In this document: in pieces, positions 52,358-63,577 of the stretch | How positions within the stretch are numbered: the stretch's first letter is position 1 | How the letters are laid out: the number at the start of each line of letters is the position of its first letter | Source: an uncultured Planctomycetota bacterium | Lineage (GTDB): Bacteria; Planctomycetota; Planctomycetia; Isosphaerales; Isosphaeraceae | Reading direction: 5' to 3' | Assembly: GCA_963845755.1 (NCBI GenBank) | Contig: CAWJTV010000036.1 | Location: 288,001-352,000 of the forward strand | Length of the DNA stretch: 64,000 bases | Notes under the pieces: generated by a model | Database searches by the model: none | Seen by the model: the letters and a program-made list of their open reading frames with translations, nothing else | Told to the model about the DNA's origin: nothing | Made by a program: the position numbers and the translations under genes

Positions 52358-53014
52358 TCAGTCTTCTTTCTCTTTTTCTTTCCGCTCGGGCTTGATGACT
52401 TCGGGCTGCGTGAGAGACTCGGCGACCGCTTCGGTGGGCTCGGGGGCGGCGGCCCGGGTGACGACGTGGGCCAGCAGGACGTCGGGATCGGCGTCGACGC
52501 TGACATCCGTCGGCAGGGTCAGATCGCGGACGTGGACGCCCTGGTCGACCTGAAGGTGACTGACGTCGACCTTGATCGCGGACGGGATCGCCCCGGCCTT
52601 GCAGCGAATCCGCAGGCTCCGGACCAGATGTTCGAGGATCCCGCCCTCCGCGGTCCCGGCGGGCACGCCCCGAACTTCCACCGTCACTTCGGTCTCGATG
52701 ATTTCCTCGACATCGACCCGTGCGAAGTCGAGGTGCAGGACCTCCTTCCCGAGGTGGTCCCACTGGACGTCACGGATCAGGACGGTCTCGGTCGAACCTT
52801 GGCCCAGGTCGAGCTCGGCCAGGTGGCCCGGCGACTTGATCAGCCGCAGGACGTCGTCATGGGCCAGAGAGACCGGGACCACGGCCTGCTTGTGCCCGTA
52901 GATCACGGCGGGGATCCGGCCGACCTTCCGCATGCGCCGCGCGACGCGGGTACCCGTCCCCTTGTTCTTCGCCGAGTCGCGCAGCTCGACCCGGGTTTTC
53001 ACGGCTTCCGACAT
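52358..53014 (-). CDS. rplY: 50S ribosomal protein L25 (Ctc form)
   Basis: ARRMRKVGRIPAVIYG, DVQWD...LHLDFARV, and a C-terminal Ctc domain with GGILEH. Confidence 0.96.
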   Translation of the reverse strand: MSEAVKTRVELRDSAKNKGTGTRVARRMRKVGRIPAVIYGHKQAVVPVSLAHDDVLRLIKSPGHLAELDLGQGSTETVLIRDVQWDHLGKEVLHLDFARVDVEEIIETEVTVEVRGVPAGTAEGGILEHLVRSLRIRCKAGAIPSAIKVDVSHLQVDQGVHVRDLTLPTDVSVDADPDVLLAHVVTRAAAPEPTEAVAESLTQPEVIKPERKEKEKED

Positions 53015-53036
53015 CGATCGATCACTCTTTCCTTAA

Positions 53037-53196
53037 CGCGGCCTTCGGCCGCAACCCAGGAGGAATTCCGAATTCCAGATTCGAGATTCCAGATTCGAGA
53101 TTCGAGATTCCGGAGTCGCGATTCCAGATTCAGAAATCCTCCCATCGGGAATCGGGAATGTTGAATCTGGAATCTTGATGATGGAATCGAGGATTC
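53037..53196. repeat. Heptamer-repeat hairpin element in the rplY 5' UTR
   Basis: cgcggccttcggccgcaaccc, then about 11 (a/g)gattc(c/g) units, then about 7 inverted ggaatc units. Confidence 0.85.
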
Positions 53197-53259
53197 CCCA
53201 GATGCGCACGGCATTGTCAGGCGAGAAAGCCTGACCTCCGTGAAGACGCGCAGCCAGCC

Positions 53260-53288
53260 ATTATCGGGATTTAACCCGCTGGATTCAA
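53260..53288 (-). promoter_or_regulatory. Putative sigma-70 promoter of the rplY-pth-rpsF operon
   Basis: Minus strand TTGAAT (53288-53283), a 17-nt spacer, then GATAAT (53265-53260). Confidence 0.6.
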
Positions 53289-53523
53289 GTCCCGCGCCGC
53301 GAAAACAAGCCGTCGAAGCCGACCGTCTTGTATTCAAGGACGGCGTCACCTAGACTTTAATCCGACTTCAAATCGGTGCTCCGTATCGATCCGTCCGAAT
53401 CTCAATCCACATTCGCATTGAGTCCTTTTCTGGACGACGGTCGTCCTGTCGCCGGACTTGGCCTTCCGCCTGTACGTAGCCGATTGTGCCGAAAATTCGA
53501 TGACTCGTCTGTGGAGGCTGACG

Positions 53524-54949
53524 ATGAACGAGAGCAACTTCAGGATGCCGGCGTCTGTTTTCCTCGCTTGGACGATCGGCTTGTTGTCTCCGTGGAATGC
53601 CCGAGCCATGGAGCCTCCCAAGGCCGCTGACATTTCCACGAAGGTCGTGCTGATGGTGGTCATGACCCGGTCTGTGGGGATCCCGGGGCCGGAGCTCCAA
53701 GATCGTTGACGTCGTCAAGAAGGGGGTGGACGCCGTCAACAAAACGAGGCTTAAGGGGTATGACCTACGATTGATGTCCTGGGAGACGGCCGGAGTGCCG
53801 GCTTCGGGCAATAACTTCGTCATCGTTGGCGTTGACAATAACGGCCGGCTCCACATCCGAATCTTCGACGCCGGAGGTAACCGCGTCACGGACACGGACG
53901 AGACGAAACTCCCCGGTACGCAAGCCGAGGCGGTCTCGAGCCTCAAGCAGCAACTCCGGGATTGTTGCCCCCACACGTGCTGACCAGTGCCGAGAAGTCC
54001 CAGCTCATCGAGGCGACATCAATCGTCGATCCGCGTGTCGAAAGTTGGGCCCGAAACCTTATGTGAAATTGTTCGAGCCAGGGCAACTCAAGCCCGAGGC
54101 GTTCGATGAAGGATATCGCCAAACAAGATGTCGATAAGAATACGACCTTTATCTTTTACTACCTCGGGCACGCCATGTGGCAAAACCAAGGCCCTCATCC
54201 GGATCAGAACCGGGATAACCACCTCCTTGTGCTCGAACCATTCGAGGGTGGCCACTATCTGAAGAGGACGACCCTGCTCTCCCGACTGAAACTCCAAAAG
54301 GCCCAGTAATCGTCCTGATCACCGAGTGTTGTTCGACCCTTGTCCCTCCGCTGCCCGCGGGTATTAAGACCTATGGAGAGGACGAGGACCCGTGCCGCTG
54401 TTCCGCGATCTGTTCCTCAAGCCCAAAGGCACCGTCGACATCACATCCTCCACGGTCCATTTCGAAGAGAAGACCGGGAAGTTCGTTGACGAGGCGTCCT
54501 GGGCCCCGAAGGAGGGGGGGGCTGTGCTCTGTAACGCCTTCTCCTATCTGATGACCAAAGAGGATGGAGTCGCCGCTCTCGACCTCAACAAGAACAAGAC
54601 CGTCGAATGGGAGAAGGAATTCTTCCCGGCGCTTCGCCAACAGACCATGAAGAATTTTCGGGCATTCAAGCCCAACGAGTTGAGCTACTATAAGGGCAGT
54701 GAAGTTTTATTCAAAGATTACTACAATTATTTGCCCGATTGGGTCAAACGGCTGAACGAGCAGAAAGACCAGACACCACGATTGCTCAAGCTCGACTTGC
54801 TGAACTTTTTCGCCCGGTTTGATGGGCCGCTTCGGCGGACGCCGCCGACACATTACGCCCTCCCATCACATGAGTCCGCTACCGGGACTACCGTCAATAC
54901 GGAGAAAATGAGAGAAGGGGGTTGTCTGGTAGGTTCTCAAAGATTATAA
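53524..54949 (+). CDS. Secreted caspase-like (clan CD) protein 1, split by about 5-6 frameshifts (may be a pseudogene)
   Basis: Signal-peptide-like start; FIFYYLGHA (His near 54169); VIVLITECCS (near 54319-54336); LFRDLF...GTVDITSS. Confidence 0.6.
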
Positions 54950-55026
54950 TGCCTGCTTAGTTTAGACAAATTGCGTAATCTTGGAGGTCTCGCCGTCCGG
55001 TTTCCAGGTCTGCAGGGAGATTCCTA

Positions 55027-56171
55027 TGCATACGCCCCTGACTCGGCCGATCCTCTTGACGCTGTCTGCGATGGTGACTGTGGGAGTTGCCTGCGGTCAG
55101 GAATCAGATCCGCTCTCCGGATTCCCCGTCAACGGGGTCGTCCCGACGGTCTTCAAGACGAAACCGAAGCTCGAGAACGCCTTTTCCGGAGACCGCCGCA
55201 TTCGGCTCCGGAGGTTCCGCGCGATCTTTTTCTTCGACACCAATCATCCCAATCACAAGAATGCAGGTGAAAACCTCGAGGACTTGAGGTTCCTTCTGCA
55301 AAACTTCAACAATCAAGCGATCGGTGACTTTGAAGAGAAGGGGATCAGTTTCCCGATCAAGGACTTCCAAGTCGTGCCTGTAGAGCAGATCTTCCAGGGC
55401 GCAACCGCAACTCGCCGGAATCTCTACGATTATTTGGACAATTTGAAGAACAACAATCTCGTGAAGAAGGGCGACGTAGTGTTCTTCTGGGCAGAGGCGG
55501 AAGGCGGGATGGATGGCACGAAGCGGCTCTTGAAGCTAGCGAACGGGGAGTCGATCGACCGAGAGGATTTGTTAGAAAGGCTTGAGTTCTGGGATGCAAG
55601 CCCCGCCGGTGGGGACCCTAGCCGAAGAACTCATCTCACAGTGTTCATCACAGACAGTTGTAGCTCTCTCACCAATGTGGCGTCATCACCCCCCCAGAAA
55701 CCAATGAAAAAGCCGGGGACGATCTGGCGGGCCCTCTATTTTGGGCACTCCGGGACCGTGGACATCTCGTCGTCACGCGGAGGAAAACAGGCCCACTCGG
55801 ACGATTATGGCAAATCGCTATTCCTCCAGTCGTTCGCCGAGACCTTCGATGAGGGATTCGTCCATAAGCAGAAGCAAAGCCCCTCTGACACGAACTACCT
55901 GGACCTGAACGCCGACAACTTCGTCGAATGGCGGGCTGAATTCTACAAAGTGCTCGAGAAGCAGGTCGGGGATCGCTACGACGCACAGTTGAGCGAGTAT
56001 TTCGCCTTTCGAGGCGGGAAACCCACGGACGAGAGCACGCCCAAGTACAAGACGGCCGACGACACCGTTCGAGGCGCGGCCGACGCGATGAAGGCCCGGC
56101 GCTTAAATGGCACCTACCTCCCGGATTTCATCCGCCCGGATCGCGTCCAGATCAATACACCCGAGCCATGA
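55027..56171 (+). CDS. Secreted caspase-like protein 2 (intact, no His at the catalytic position)
   Basis: Signal peptide; GDVVFFWAEAEGG; VFITDSCSS; IWRALY...GTVDISSS. Collinear with the upstream gene. Confidence 0.65.
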
Positions 56172-56300
56172 GCGGGTCCCCACGGCTTGGTGTTCGGTCC
56201 TGAAGTCGCCTCCTAAACCGGCCTGTCGGGACAGTCAGGACCCGACTACGGCGAGAGATTGCTCTTCAAGTCTCAGACAAAGACAAAACGAGGTGGGCTC

Positions 56301-56692
56301 ATGTCGCTACCTAGGACACGACTCCTACGGGCCTTGTTACTTTTCACTACCCTCGTGCGCTCCTCGCCGCCACGCCGGATTCCAGCCAGGCGGGCTGCTT
56401 CCATCGAGGGTTCTCGGGTCGCTTGTGGCGGCACGGCCAGTGCGGCTGCCGCGCATGTTGCCCCCAGATCTACACGCCACCCTGCACAATCTATGTGCTG
56501 CCTTGCGATCCAAGCATTCCGCCACGCGAGTCACAGCATGTTTGCAGTCGATACGTGGTGCTACGCGGCCTTCCCGATAGCCAAGGCTTTGGAATCGACG
56601 AGTTCTTCTCGGAATGCGGGGCTGCGGTCGCCCGGGCAAATGAAATTGCTGTCAAAGAAGGTGTTCCAGCCAAAGTCGAATGCGTCGATTGA
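56301..56692 (+). CDS. Small Cys-rich putatively secreted protein (frameshifted)
   Basis: GAGG RBS and ATG 56301 with a hydrophobic leader. The Cys-rich body is in the frame ending at 56692. Confidence 0.4.
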
Positions 56693-56790
56693 CGGCCGGT
56701 TCGGCCCGCCCATCGACGTGTGATGGCGCCATAGGGGCTGCCGATTAGACGCCATTGCGGGGGAGGCTGCAGCCCCTCTCGCCTGGCCGA

Positions 56791-57891
56791 TCAAGGAGGC
56801 AGTGGCCCTCCCAAAGCGGTGTCGCGAATCGGATGATTCCACAACTCCTTGCCGGTCTGGAGGTTGACTGCCCGAAGTTTGTCCGTCTCCTGGACCATAC
56901 CTTTCTCGGTCCGCCGAGAATAGGCTCTGGTCGTGAGGAGGATTCGGTGGTCGGTGACGACGAAAGGCGCCATTGCCACATGGCTCCTGAACTCCCCCAC
57001 ACGGTTCTTGCCGGCCCGGTCGTAGACGGTGAGTGTGTACTTGTCCCAGATGCGATCGTCGCCCATCCGCTTGCTGACCATGATGTAGCGGCCGTCCGCA
57101 GACGCAAACTGCGGCCCCGGGAACCCGGGGATACGATCGCTGGCGGGGAGCGTGGGAGCTGTCGCTGCCGCCGGTCCGAGGGCTGCAGCCCTCGGATCGA
57201 GGTCGATGGTCTTTCCCGTTCTGTGATCCAGCAGGAACGAACCCTGACTTTTCGAGGAAACGGCGCCGGGAGGGCCTAGAGAGATCGCGGCAGGCTGTTC
57301 CCTAGGGGGCTGGATCCGTTCCACCGTGCCTGAGGGGAAACCACGCTTCGTCGTCGGGGGCTGGATCCGTTCCACCGTGCCCTCGGGGAGACCACGCTTC
57401 GGGATCTGGCGGTAGTGCCAGGACACCCTGACGCCTGGCCCGGCCGGTTCGGCGGAGGCGATGAATTCGCCGTTCAGCGTCATAGCGACCGAGGGGATCA
57501 CACCGGCGGCGTTGAGTGGCTTCTCCGTCGTCAGCAAAGGCGTGCCATCCTGTGCCTTGAGCGCCACGATCTTCAGCGCGTCCCCAGCGCGGTCGGGCTC
57601 GGCTTGGCCGATGACCGTCTGGTCGCCTGCAACCCCCAGGGGTTTGGCGGCTGCCTTGGTGCTCCAGAGAGTCTTGCCATCGCTGAGCCCCACCGCATCT
57701 ATCCCACCCGCTGGACTCATGACGTAGGCCCGGCCTGCCGCCGTGTCAATCATCACACCGGGTCGGAGTTGGATCGCGGTTATGGGATGAGCCTCCTGGG
57801 CGTTCGACCATGACGCGAGGAGCAATACGAGAACGCCAGTCGTCAACGGCCAGTGAAGGACCTGGGGCCGTCGGAAACGAGATTCCCGCAT
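56791..57891 (-). CDS. Secreted hypothetical protein with PQQ-like repeats and a 17-aa internal duplication
   Basis: Signal peptide; AVGLSDGKTLW and AVNLQTGKELW; 51-bp tandem duplication at about 57305-57400 (KRGxPxGTVERIQPP twice). Confidence 0.65.
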   Translation of the reverse strand: MRESRFRRPQVLHWPLTTGVLVLLLASWSNAQEAHPITAIQLRPGVMIDTAAGRAYVMSPAGGIDAVGLSDGKTLWSTKAAAKPLGVAGDQTVIGQAEPDRAGDALKIVALKAQDGTPLLTTEKPLNAAGVIPSVAMTLNGEFIASAEPAGPGVRVSWHYRQIPKRGLPEGTVERIQPPTTKRGFPSGTVERIQPPREQPAAISLGPPGAVSSKSQGSFLLDHRTGKTIDLDPRAAALGPAAATAPTLPASDRIPGFPGPQFASADGRYIMVSKRMGDDRIWDKYTLTVYDRAGKNRVGEFRSHVAMAPFVVTDHRILLTTRAYSRRTEKGMVQETDKLRAVNLQTGKELWNHPIRDTALGGPLPP

Positions 57892-58021
57892 GGTTTGTGA
57901 TCTCCTGAACCGTAATGATCGTTGAGAAGGGCGTCTCGCACGATGTTCATCCCCTCATGCGACATATCGCGGACTCGGCCTTCCGGCCGGATGCCGATTG
58001 GTGCGGCAGCGCTCTCAAACT

Positions 58022-60398
58022 TCATTTCGCCCCGGTCCCGGCTGGCTGACCCGCCGGAGGTGTCGGATGGGCAAAGTTGACTTTCCATGCGCCACGCCCG
58101 AGCGTGCCTGCGAGGAGCACACGATCCCGAGGGTCGTACTCAAGATGGTAGACCGGCGCTCTGGGAAGGCCATTACCGAGCCGCCTCCAGTTGTCGAGGT
58201 TGGCACCCGACGCTTGGAAAACACTTGTCAGACTGCCGACTACTAACGCACCGCCGGGCAAATTAGCGTTGTGAGCGACTGATTGAAAGGTCCCCGGGTT
58301 GACCGTGCCCAGGTTGCCTGTGATATCCGTCCAGTGGAGTCCCGCGTCGGTCGTTCGGTATACGCTGTCCGGGTCGATGACGTATGCCGTCTGGGGGGCG
58401 TTCCGGTCGATGACTATACCCAATACCGTCCCGCCGGTATAAGCGGCCGATCGAGTCAGAGGTGCGGGGTCGGCGGCAGTCCGAACAAACACGCGAGAGC
58501 CAGCCCCCACGTAGAGCATGTCCTCGTTCCCCACCGCGCCGTAAGCGATGGGATTCGGACCGCTGCTATTGACAGTGATCCCCGGCCCGATCTCATTAAT
58601 TGTATCGCCTTGGTCCAGCGATTCATAGACCGCGTTCTGGGCCCCGATGATCAGTCGCGTCGGCGTCACCGTGTTGAGCCTCAGAGGCGTGTAGAATTGC
58701 GGCGCGAGGGCGTCACCGTTATTGAGGACCATTAATTGGGGATAGACCTCGCTCTGGAGGACATTGGAGCTGTCGTAGACCTGTGCCGAAACTTGAAGAA
58801 ATCGTAGAAACTCGTGTACCGCGTCGATAGCCCGGCGGTCGTGACGGTGTCCACGGCGACGACCCCGCCATCCCCAGTGCTTACGCTTTGCCACTTCACG
58901 TTATTCGGAATGAGTTGTTCCGGGCTGCCGGTGTCCTGGGCTCCGCCGATGACGGTGTGTGTGTTGGAATCCCAGGCAACGGCGTGGAACTCGCTGGTCT
59001 GGAGATCGCCATTCAAGGAGAACCAGTCCCCAGTATTGGTCCGCGGGCTGGACTGTCGATAGACGCCCCCATCGCACCCCAGGTACAGCCCGCCGTGGGC
59101 CGCGTCCATGTCGCGCGAGTCGGCGTGGGGCGAGCCTTGGTGGCCGTGTTACCGTGGGTCAGGGGTGTGGCTTGGGTGCCCGCCGGTTTCGAGGCATCGA
59201 CCCGGAAGATCCGCCCTGAGTAGTCGCCGGCACCGATCGAGTTCGGCCAAGGCGGGATGGTCGGGTGGTTACAGCCGACACTCTCGGTGAAGCACGGCTG
59301 GCGATCACCGGCGACGTAGGCGAGGTTGGGGTCGGGGTCGGCCGCGAGGGCAAGATGAAGGCCTCCCTGACGGCCAGGATGGATGCCGTAGCGGGCGCCG
59401 CCGTTCTCCACCGTTTCCGGGATGTCGAGCTTCGTCCACGACGGCAACGGCATGATTGCGCCTCCCATTCCCCGACCGGTAGAGTCCGGCCAGGATGCCG
59501 TCATTGACGATGGCAACGTAGACATTGTCGCTCCGACCCACGGCAATTCTCATGTTGTTGGTTAGGCCGATCACCGCGTCCATCGCGGAGTCGCTGACTT
59601 TCAGCCAGATGGCCCCGGCGTTATCGCTGCGGTAAACCCCGCTCGGGTTGGCGGTATAGAGTCGGTCAGTCTTGATGGGATCCCATGCGAGGTCGAAACA
59701 GTCGCCGGCCGGCAGCCCCGATGCGCCGCTCCCCGAGACGTGGGACCACGTGGAGCCGGTGTCGGTGCTCCGCCAGATGCCCGAGTTCGCAGGATCGTCC
59801 GCGGTGTTCGCGGAGAGGACAATGATGGAGCCCCGGGGCGCGAGACCCGACACGTTGAGGCCCTTCAGCACCCCACCACCATCGATGGCCGTCCAACTCT
59901 TGCCGCCGTCCGTCGTGCGTAGGAGGCCCGATCGGTGGCCGCCGACGCCGAGTAGGCTGCTGAACCGCCCGACCCCCGCGACGAGCGTCTGAGCGCCAGA
60001 GTCGGTGGGGTCGAATTCCAAGGCACCGATCGAGAGTGACGCCTGGGTGTCGGTCAGAACAACCCACTGGGGGTGGGCAGCCGTGGCGTTCTCCGTCTTC
60101 CACACTCCTCCGTTGACCGACCCTATATAAACGGTGTTAGGATCGGTTGGGTGTGGAGTGACCGCATGAATGGCTCCAATCACTTCACCGTCCGGAATGA
60201 CGTTTTCGACCTGACCCCGAATGTTCGGCGCGGGCCCGGCGGCAACCCAAGTCGGAGCGGGCTGGCGAAGGCACTAGGATCAAGGAAGACGGCTACGAGG
60301 AGCATCCCCGTAGCACTTGCTGCTCTGGGAAAGCCTCGCAAGAAACGGAGCATCCCGGGGAGCAATCGCCTGATTGAGTACTCTGATCGATCTTTCAT
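58022..60398 (-). CDS. Large BNR/Asp-box beta-propeller (GH74/VPS10-like) secreted protein, split by at least 4 frameshifts
   Basis: HPTDPNTVYIGSVNGGVWKT, RTTDGGKSW, RSTDTGSTW, GCDGGVYR, GGAQDTG, TGDGG and AGTLGRGAW. Confidence 0.8.
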
Positions 60399-60540
60399 GA
60401 TTCTCAAGCCAATCGGGTGACTTAGCGACGGGACCGCCATTGGGGAACGTGCGAATGATCTTTCTATATCCGTTTAGAAACCACATTTCAAGAAAAATAG
60501 GAGCTGACGATTGCTGACGACCCGCAATCGATCCAACCGT

Positions 60541-61017
60541 TCACGGATTGCGAAGCCTCTTGAGGACCTCCAGCGCCTCGCCCACATGCCGCCAGGGCTG
60601 GAACTGGGAGGAGAAGACATGCCGGACGATCCCCTCCCGATCGATCAGGTAAGTGACGCGACCGGGGACCAGCCCGAATGTTCGGGGAACCCCATACTTG
60701 GCCCGGACCGCATCATTGCGGTCGGCGAGCAACCGGAACGGCAGTCGAAGCCGCCGGGCGAACACCTGATGGGATTCTTCGGAATCGGCGCTAATCCCGA
60801 TCACCTCGGCCCCGGCCTCGCGGAACGCCTCATAACTATCGCGGAACGAGCGGGCTTCCATCGTGCAGGCCGGCGAGTTGTCCTTCGGGTAGAAGAATAG
60901 CACGACCTCCGCCTTCCCGCGAAAGTCCGAGAGCCTGACGATCTCGCCGCCGGCCGCCGGCAGTGCGAACTCCGGCGCGGGGTCTCCGGCACGCATACGC
61001 TTTCGATCGGCCATCAT
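60541..61017 (-). CDS. bcp: Peroxiredoxin, BCP/PrxQ type (1-Cys)
   Basis: GDPAPEFAL, FFYPKDNSPACTMEA, VIGISAD and GRVTYLID. Confidence 0.92.
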   Translation of the reverse strand: MMADRKRMRAGDPAPEFALPAAGGEIVRLSDFRGKAEVVLFFYPKDNSPACTMEARSFRDSYEAFREAGAEVIGISADSEESHQVFARRLRLPFRLLADRNDAVRAKYGVPRTFGLVPGRVTYLIDREGIVRHVFSSQFQPWRHVGEALEVLKRLRNP

Positions 61018-61408
61018 TGCCTCCTATGCAAGGTGCTCTTTGAGCTCCGATCGTCGCCGGCGCGGTGCGCGAAACGCGAAGAAGCATCATAACCACGGAA
61101 AAACTGGAAGGACACAGAAAGGGGATTAGCGGCTGGTTCAGCAACGTTCTTGTGACCGAGCCGTGCTGGATACTCCGCGGCTGATCTCTTCGAGCATGCG
61201 ACGACGGATCGGATCAGCCGACCGCACATCACGGCCCAAACCCGGTCTTCTTGCAGCTCTTCGAAAGTCTTTTCGGTTGCAGCATATCGGCGATCGGCGC
61301 CGACCGACTTGCCTCGGGTTTGGTACCATGAAGAGCGCCTATACTGGAATCTCGAACTCCGGATTCCCATTCGATTGTAGCAGAGAGCCGCCTGTCAGGA
61401 GAGCCGAC

Positions 61409-63547
61409 ATGCGAACGGCCACCGGCATCATGGTCGCCGTCGTGACACTGACCCTGTGGCTCGCCGAGGCCGCCACGCGGGCTTGGGCCGCGGCACCCGT
61501 GGTGAACCCGGGGTCCGTTGATTTCTTCGTCTCTCCACAGGGCAGGGACGAGTGGTCAGGGAAATCGGCCGATCCGGGCAAGGTTGACGGGCCATTTGCG
61601 ACGGTGGCGCGCGCTCGCGAGGCCATCCGGGTGTTGCTCGAGACGCTGAAAGAGCCGCGACGCGTGCGCGTCGTCCTGCGGGGCGGGACCTATGATCTCG
61701 ACGCCCCGCTGGAGTTTGGCTCCGAAGATTCAGGGACGGAGAAAGCTCCGGTGGTCTACGCTGCCGCGGCGGGAGAGGACGTGGTCCTCAGCGGCGGGAG
61801 ACGCCTCCATGGCGGTCGCTGGGGCGAAGTCCACGGTCGCAGGGCCTGGGTGGTGGACATTCCCGAGGTGAAGGCAGGCCGATGGCGCTTCCGGCAACTC
61901 TTCGTCAACGGCGACCGCCGACCGCGGACACGTCTGCCGAAGCGCGGAGAATACCGCATCGAATCGCTGCCGGGCTATACCGGCGACTTCCTCAGGAGCC
62001 CGACGAAACAGTTCGTCTACGCCCCGGGCCATATCGTGCCGACCTGGCGCAACTTGCCTGACGTGGAAATTGTGGGGATCACGCGGTGGCTGGACAACCG
62101 GCTGCCGATCGAGAGCGTCCATGCGCAGACGCGCACCGTCACCTTCGACCGCCCGAGCTTGTTTGCCCTTCTCTCAGGAAGCAAGCCCGGGCCCTACTGG
62201 GTGGAGAACGTCTTCGAGGCGCTGGAGACTCCCGGCCAATGGTATCTCGATCGTCCACGGGGCGTGCTGTACTATCTGCCCCGTCCGGGCGAGGAAATGG
62301 CTTCGGCCGAGATCATCGCACCGCGGTTGTCGCAGGTCCTACGGGTGGTCGGCCGCGCGGGCAGCCCGGTCCACGACCTCCGGTTTGAAGGTCTGACTTT
62401 TGCCCATACGGAATGGCAGCCGCCGGCCGACTATGCCTCGTCGCTCCAGGCCGGAATCGAAGTGCCCGGCGCGCTGGTGTTTGATTACGCCGAACGATGC
62501 ACCGTCACCGGCGGACGTATTGAACATATCGGCAACTACGGCATCGAGGTGAACGTGGGCTGCGCGGACATCGAGATCGCGCGCAACCGGATCACGGATA
62601 TCGGTGCGGGGGGAATCCGAATTGGCCACTTTTTCTCGTGGGAGACGGACGGCTCGGGCCAACTAACCGAACGGGGACGCCGGCGCATGGCCGCCATGCC
62701 GAAAGGCCCTCACAGCCGGAGGATCACCGTGGCCGACAACGAAATCGCCCACTGCGGACGGTTCACTCCGGAAGCGGTCGGCGTATTCGTGGGCGACAAT
62801 GCGAATAACACGATCATTCACAATCACATTTACGACCTGTTTTACTCGGGCATCTCCGTGGGCTCCGTCCAGGACTTTGGGCCAGGCCAGGCCACCGGCA
62901 ATATCATCGAATACAATCACGTGCACGACATCGGCCACGGCATGCTCAGCGATCTGGCCGGGATTTACACGTGCAGTACGCCCGGCACGGTCATCCGTCA
63001 CAACCGGGTGCACGATATCTCGCGGCGCGACTACGGTGGCTGGGGAATCTACCCGGATGAAGGGAGCCACGACCTGCTGGTCGAAAAGAACCTCGTCTAC
63101 CGTTGCCAGGACGGCGCCCTGTTTGCACACCACAACCGGAATATCACGGCGCAGAACAACATCTTCGCTCTCAATGGGTCAGCACAGGTCGAACGCGGCG
63201 GTATCGGCGGCTTCGAACTCACCTGCCGGCGCAACCTCGTCTACTACAACGAAGGGAGGGCCGTGGGGGACTATGGTAGCGAGCATTGCGGGCGCGACGT
63301 CTGTGCGTTCGACCACAACCTGTACTGGAACGCGTCCGGCAATCCGATTCTCTTCGGGACAAGGAGCCTCGCCGAGTGGCAGAAGTTGGGACAGGATCAC
63401 CACAGTCTCATCGCCGACCCGTCGTTCGTGGATCCGGAGAAGGGCGATTTCCGGATGCGCCCCGGTTCTCCAGCGACAAAGACCGGCTTCGAGCCGTGGG
63501 ACGTCTCGGCGGTCGGCCCGCGCCCTGGTGCCGTGGCGCCGAAGTAA
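61409..63547 (+). CDS. Secreted right-handed beta-helix protein (GH141/polysaccharide-lyase-like)
   Basis: FFVSPQGRDEWSG...GPFAT, LRGGTY, RQLFVNG, PGQWYLD, and parallel beta-helix repeats (IxHNxIxD, GIYPDEGS). Confidence 0.88.
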   Translation: MRTATGIMVAVVTLTLWLAEAATRAWAAAPVVNPGSVDFFVSPQGRDEWSGKSADPGKVDGPFATVARAREAIRVLLETLKEPRRVRVVLRGGTYDLDAPLEFGSEDSGTEKAPVVYAAAAGEDVVLSGGRRLHGGRWGEVHGRRAWVVDIPEVKAGRWRFRQLFVNGDRRPRTRLPKRGEYRIESLPGYTGDFLRSPTKQFVYAPGHIVPTWRNLPDVEIVGITRWLDNRLPIESVHAQTRTVTFDRPSLFALLSGSKPGPYWVENVFEALETPGQWYLDRPRGVLYYLPRPGEEMASAEIIAPRLSQVLRVVGRAGSPVHDLRFEGLTFAHTEWQPPADYASSLQAGIEVPGALVFDYAERCTVTGGRIEHIGNYGIEVNVGCADIEIARNRITDIGAGGIRIGHFFSWETDGSGQLTERGRRRMAAMPKGPHSRRITVADNEIAHCGRFTPEAVGVFVGDNANNTIIHNHIYDLFYSGISVGSVQDFGPGQATGNIIEYNHVHDIGHGMLSDLAGIYTCSTPGTVIRHNRVHDISRRDYGGWGIYPDEGSHDLLVEKNLVYRCQDGALFAHHNRNITAQNNIFALNGSAQVERGGIGGFELTCRRNLVYYNEGRAVGDYGSEHCGRDVCAFDHNLYWNASGNPILFGTRSLAEWQKLGQDHHSLIADPSFVDPEKGDFRMRPGSPATKTGFEPWDVSAVGPRPGAVAPK

Positions 63548-63577
63548 GATTTGGGGGTTCAGGTCCGATACCTATGA

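Noticed and set aside
53200..53345. tRNA upstream of rplY
   Set aside because: A ggattcaagtccc T-arm-like string is present, but I could not build a cloverleaf. The segment is better explained as the promoter -35 region.
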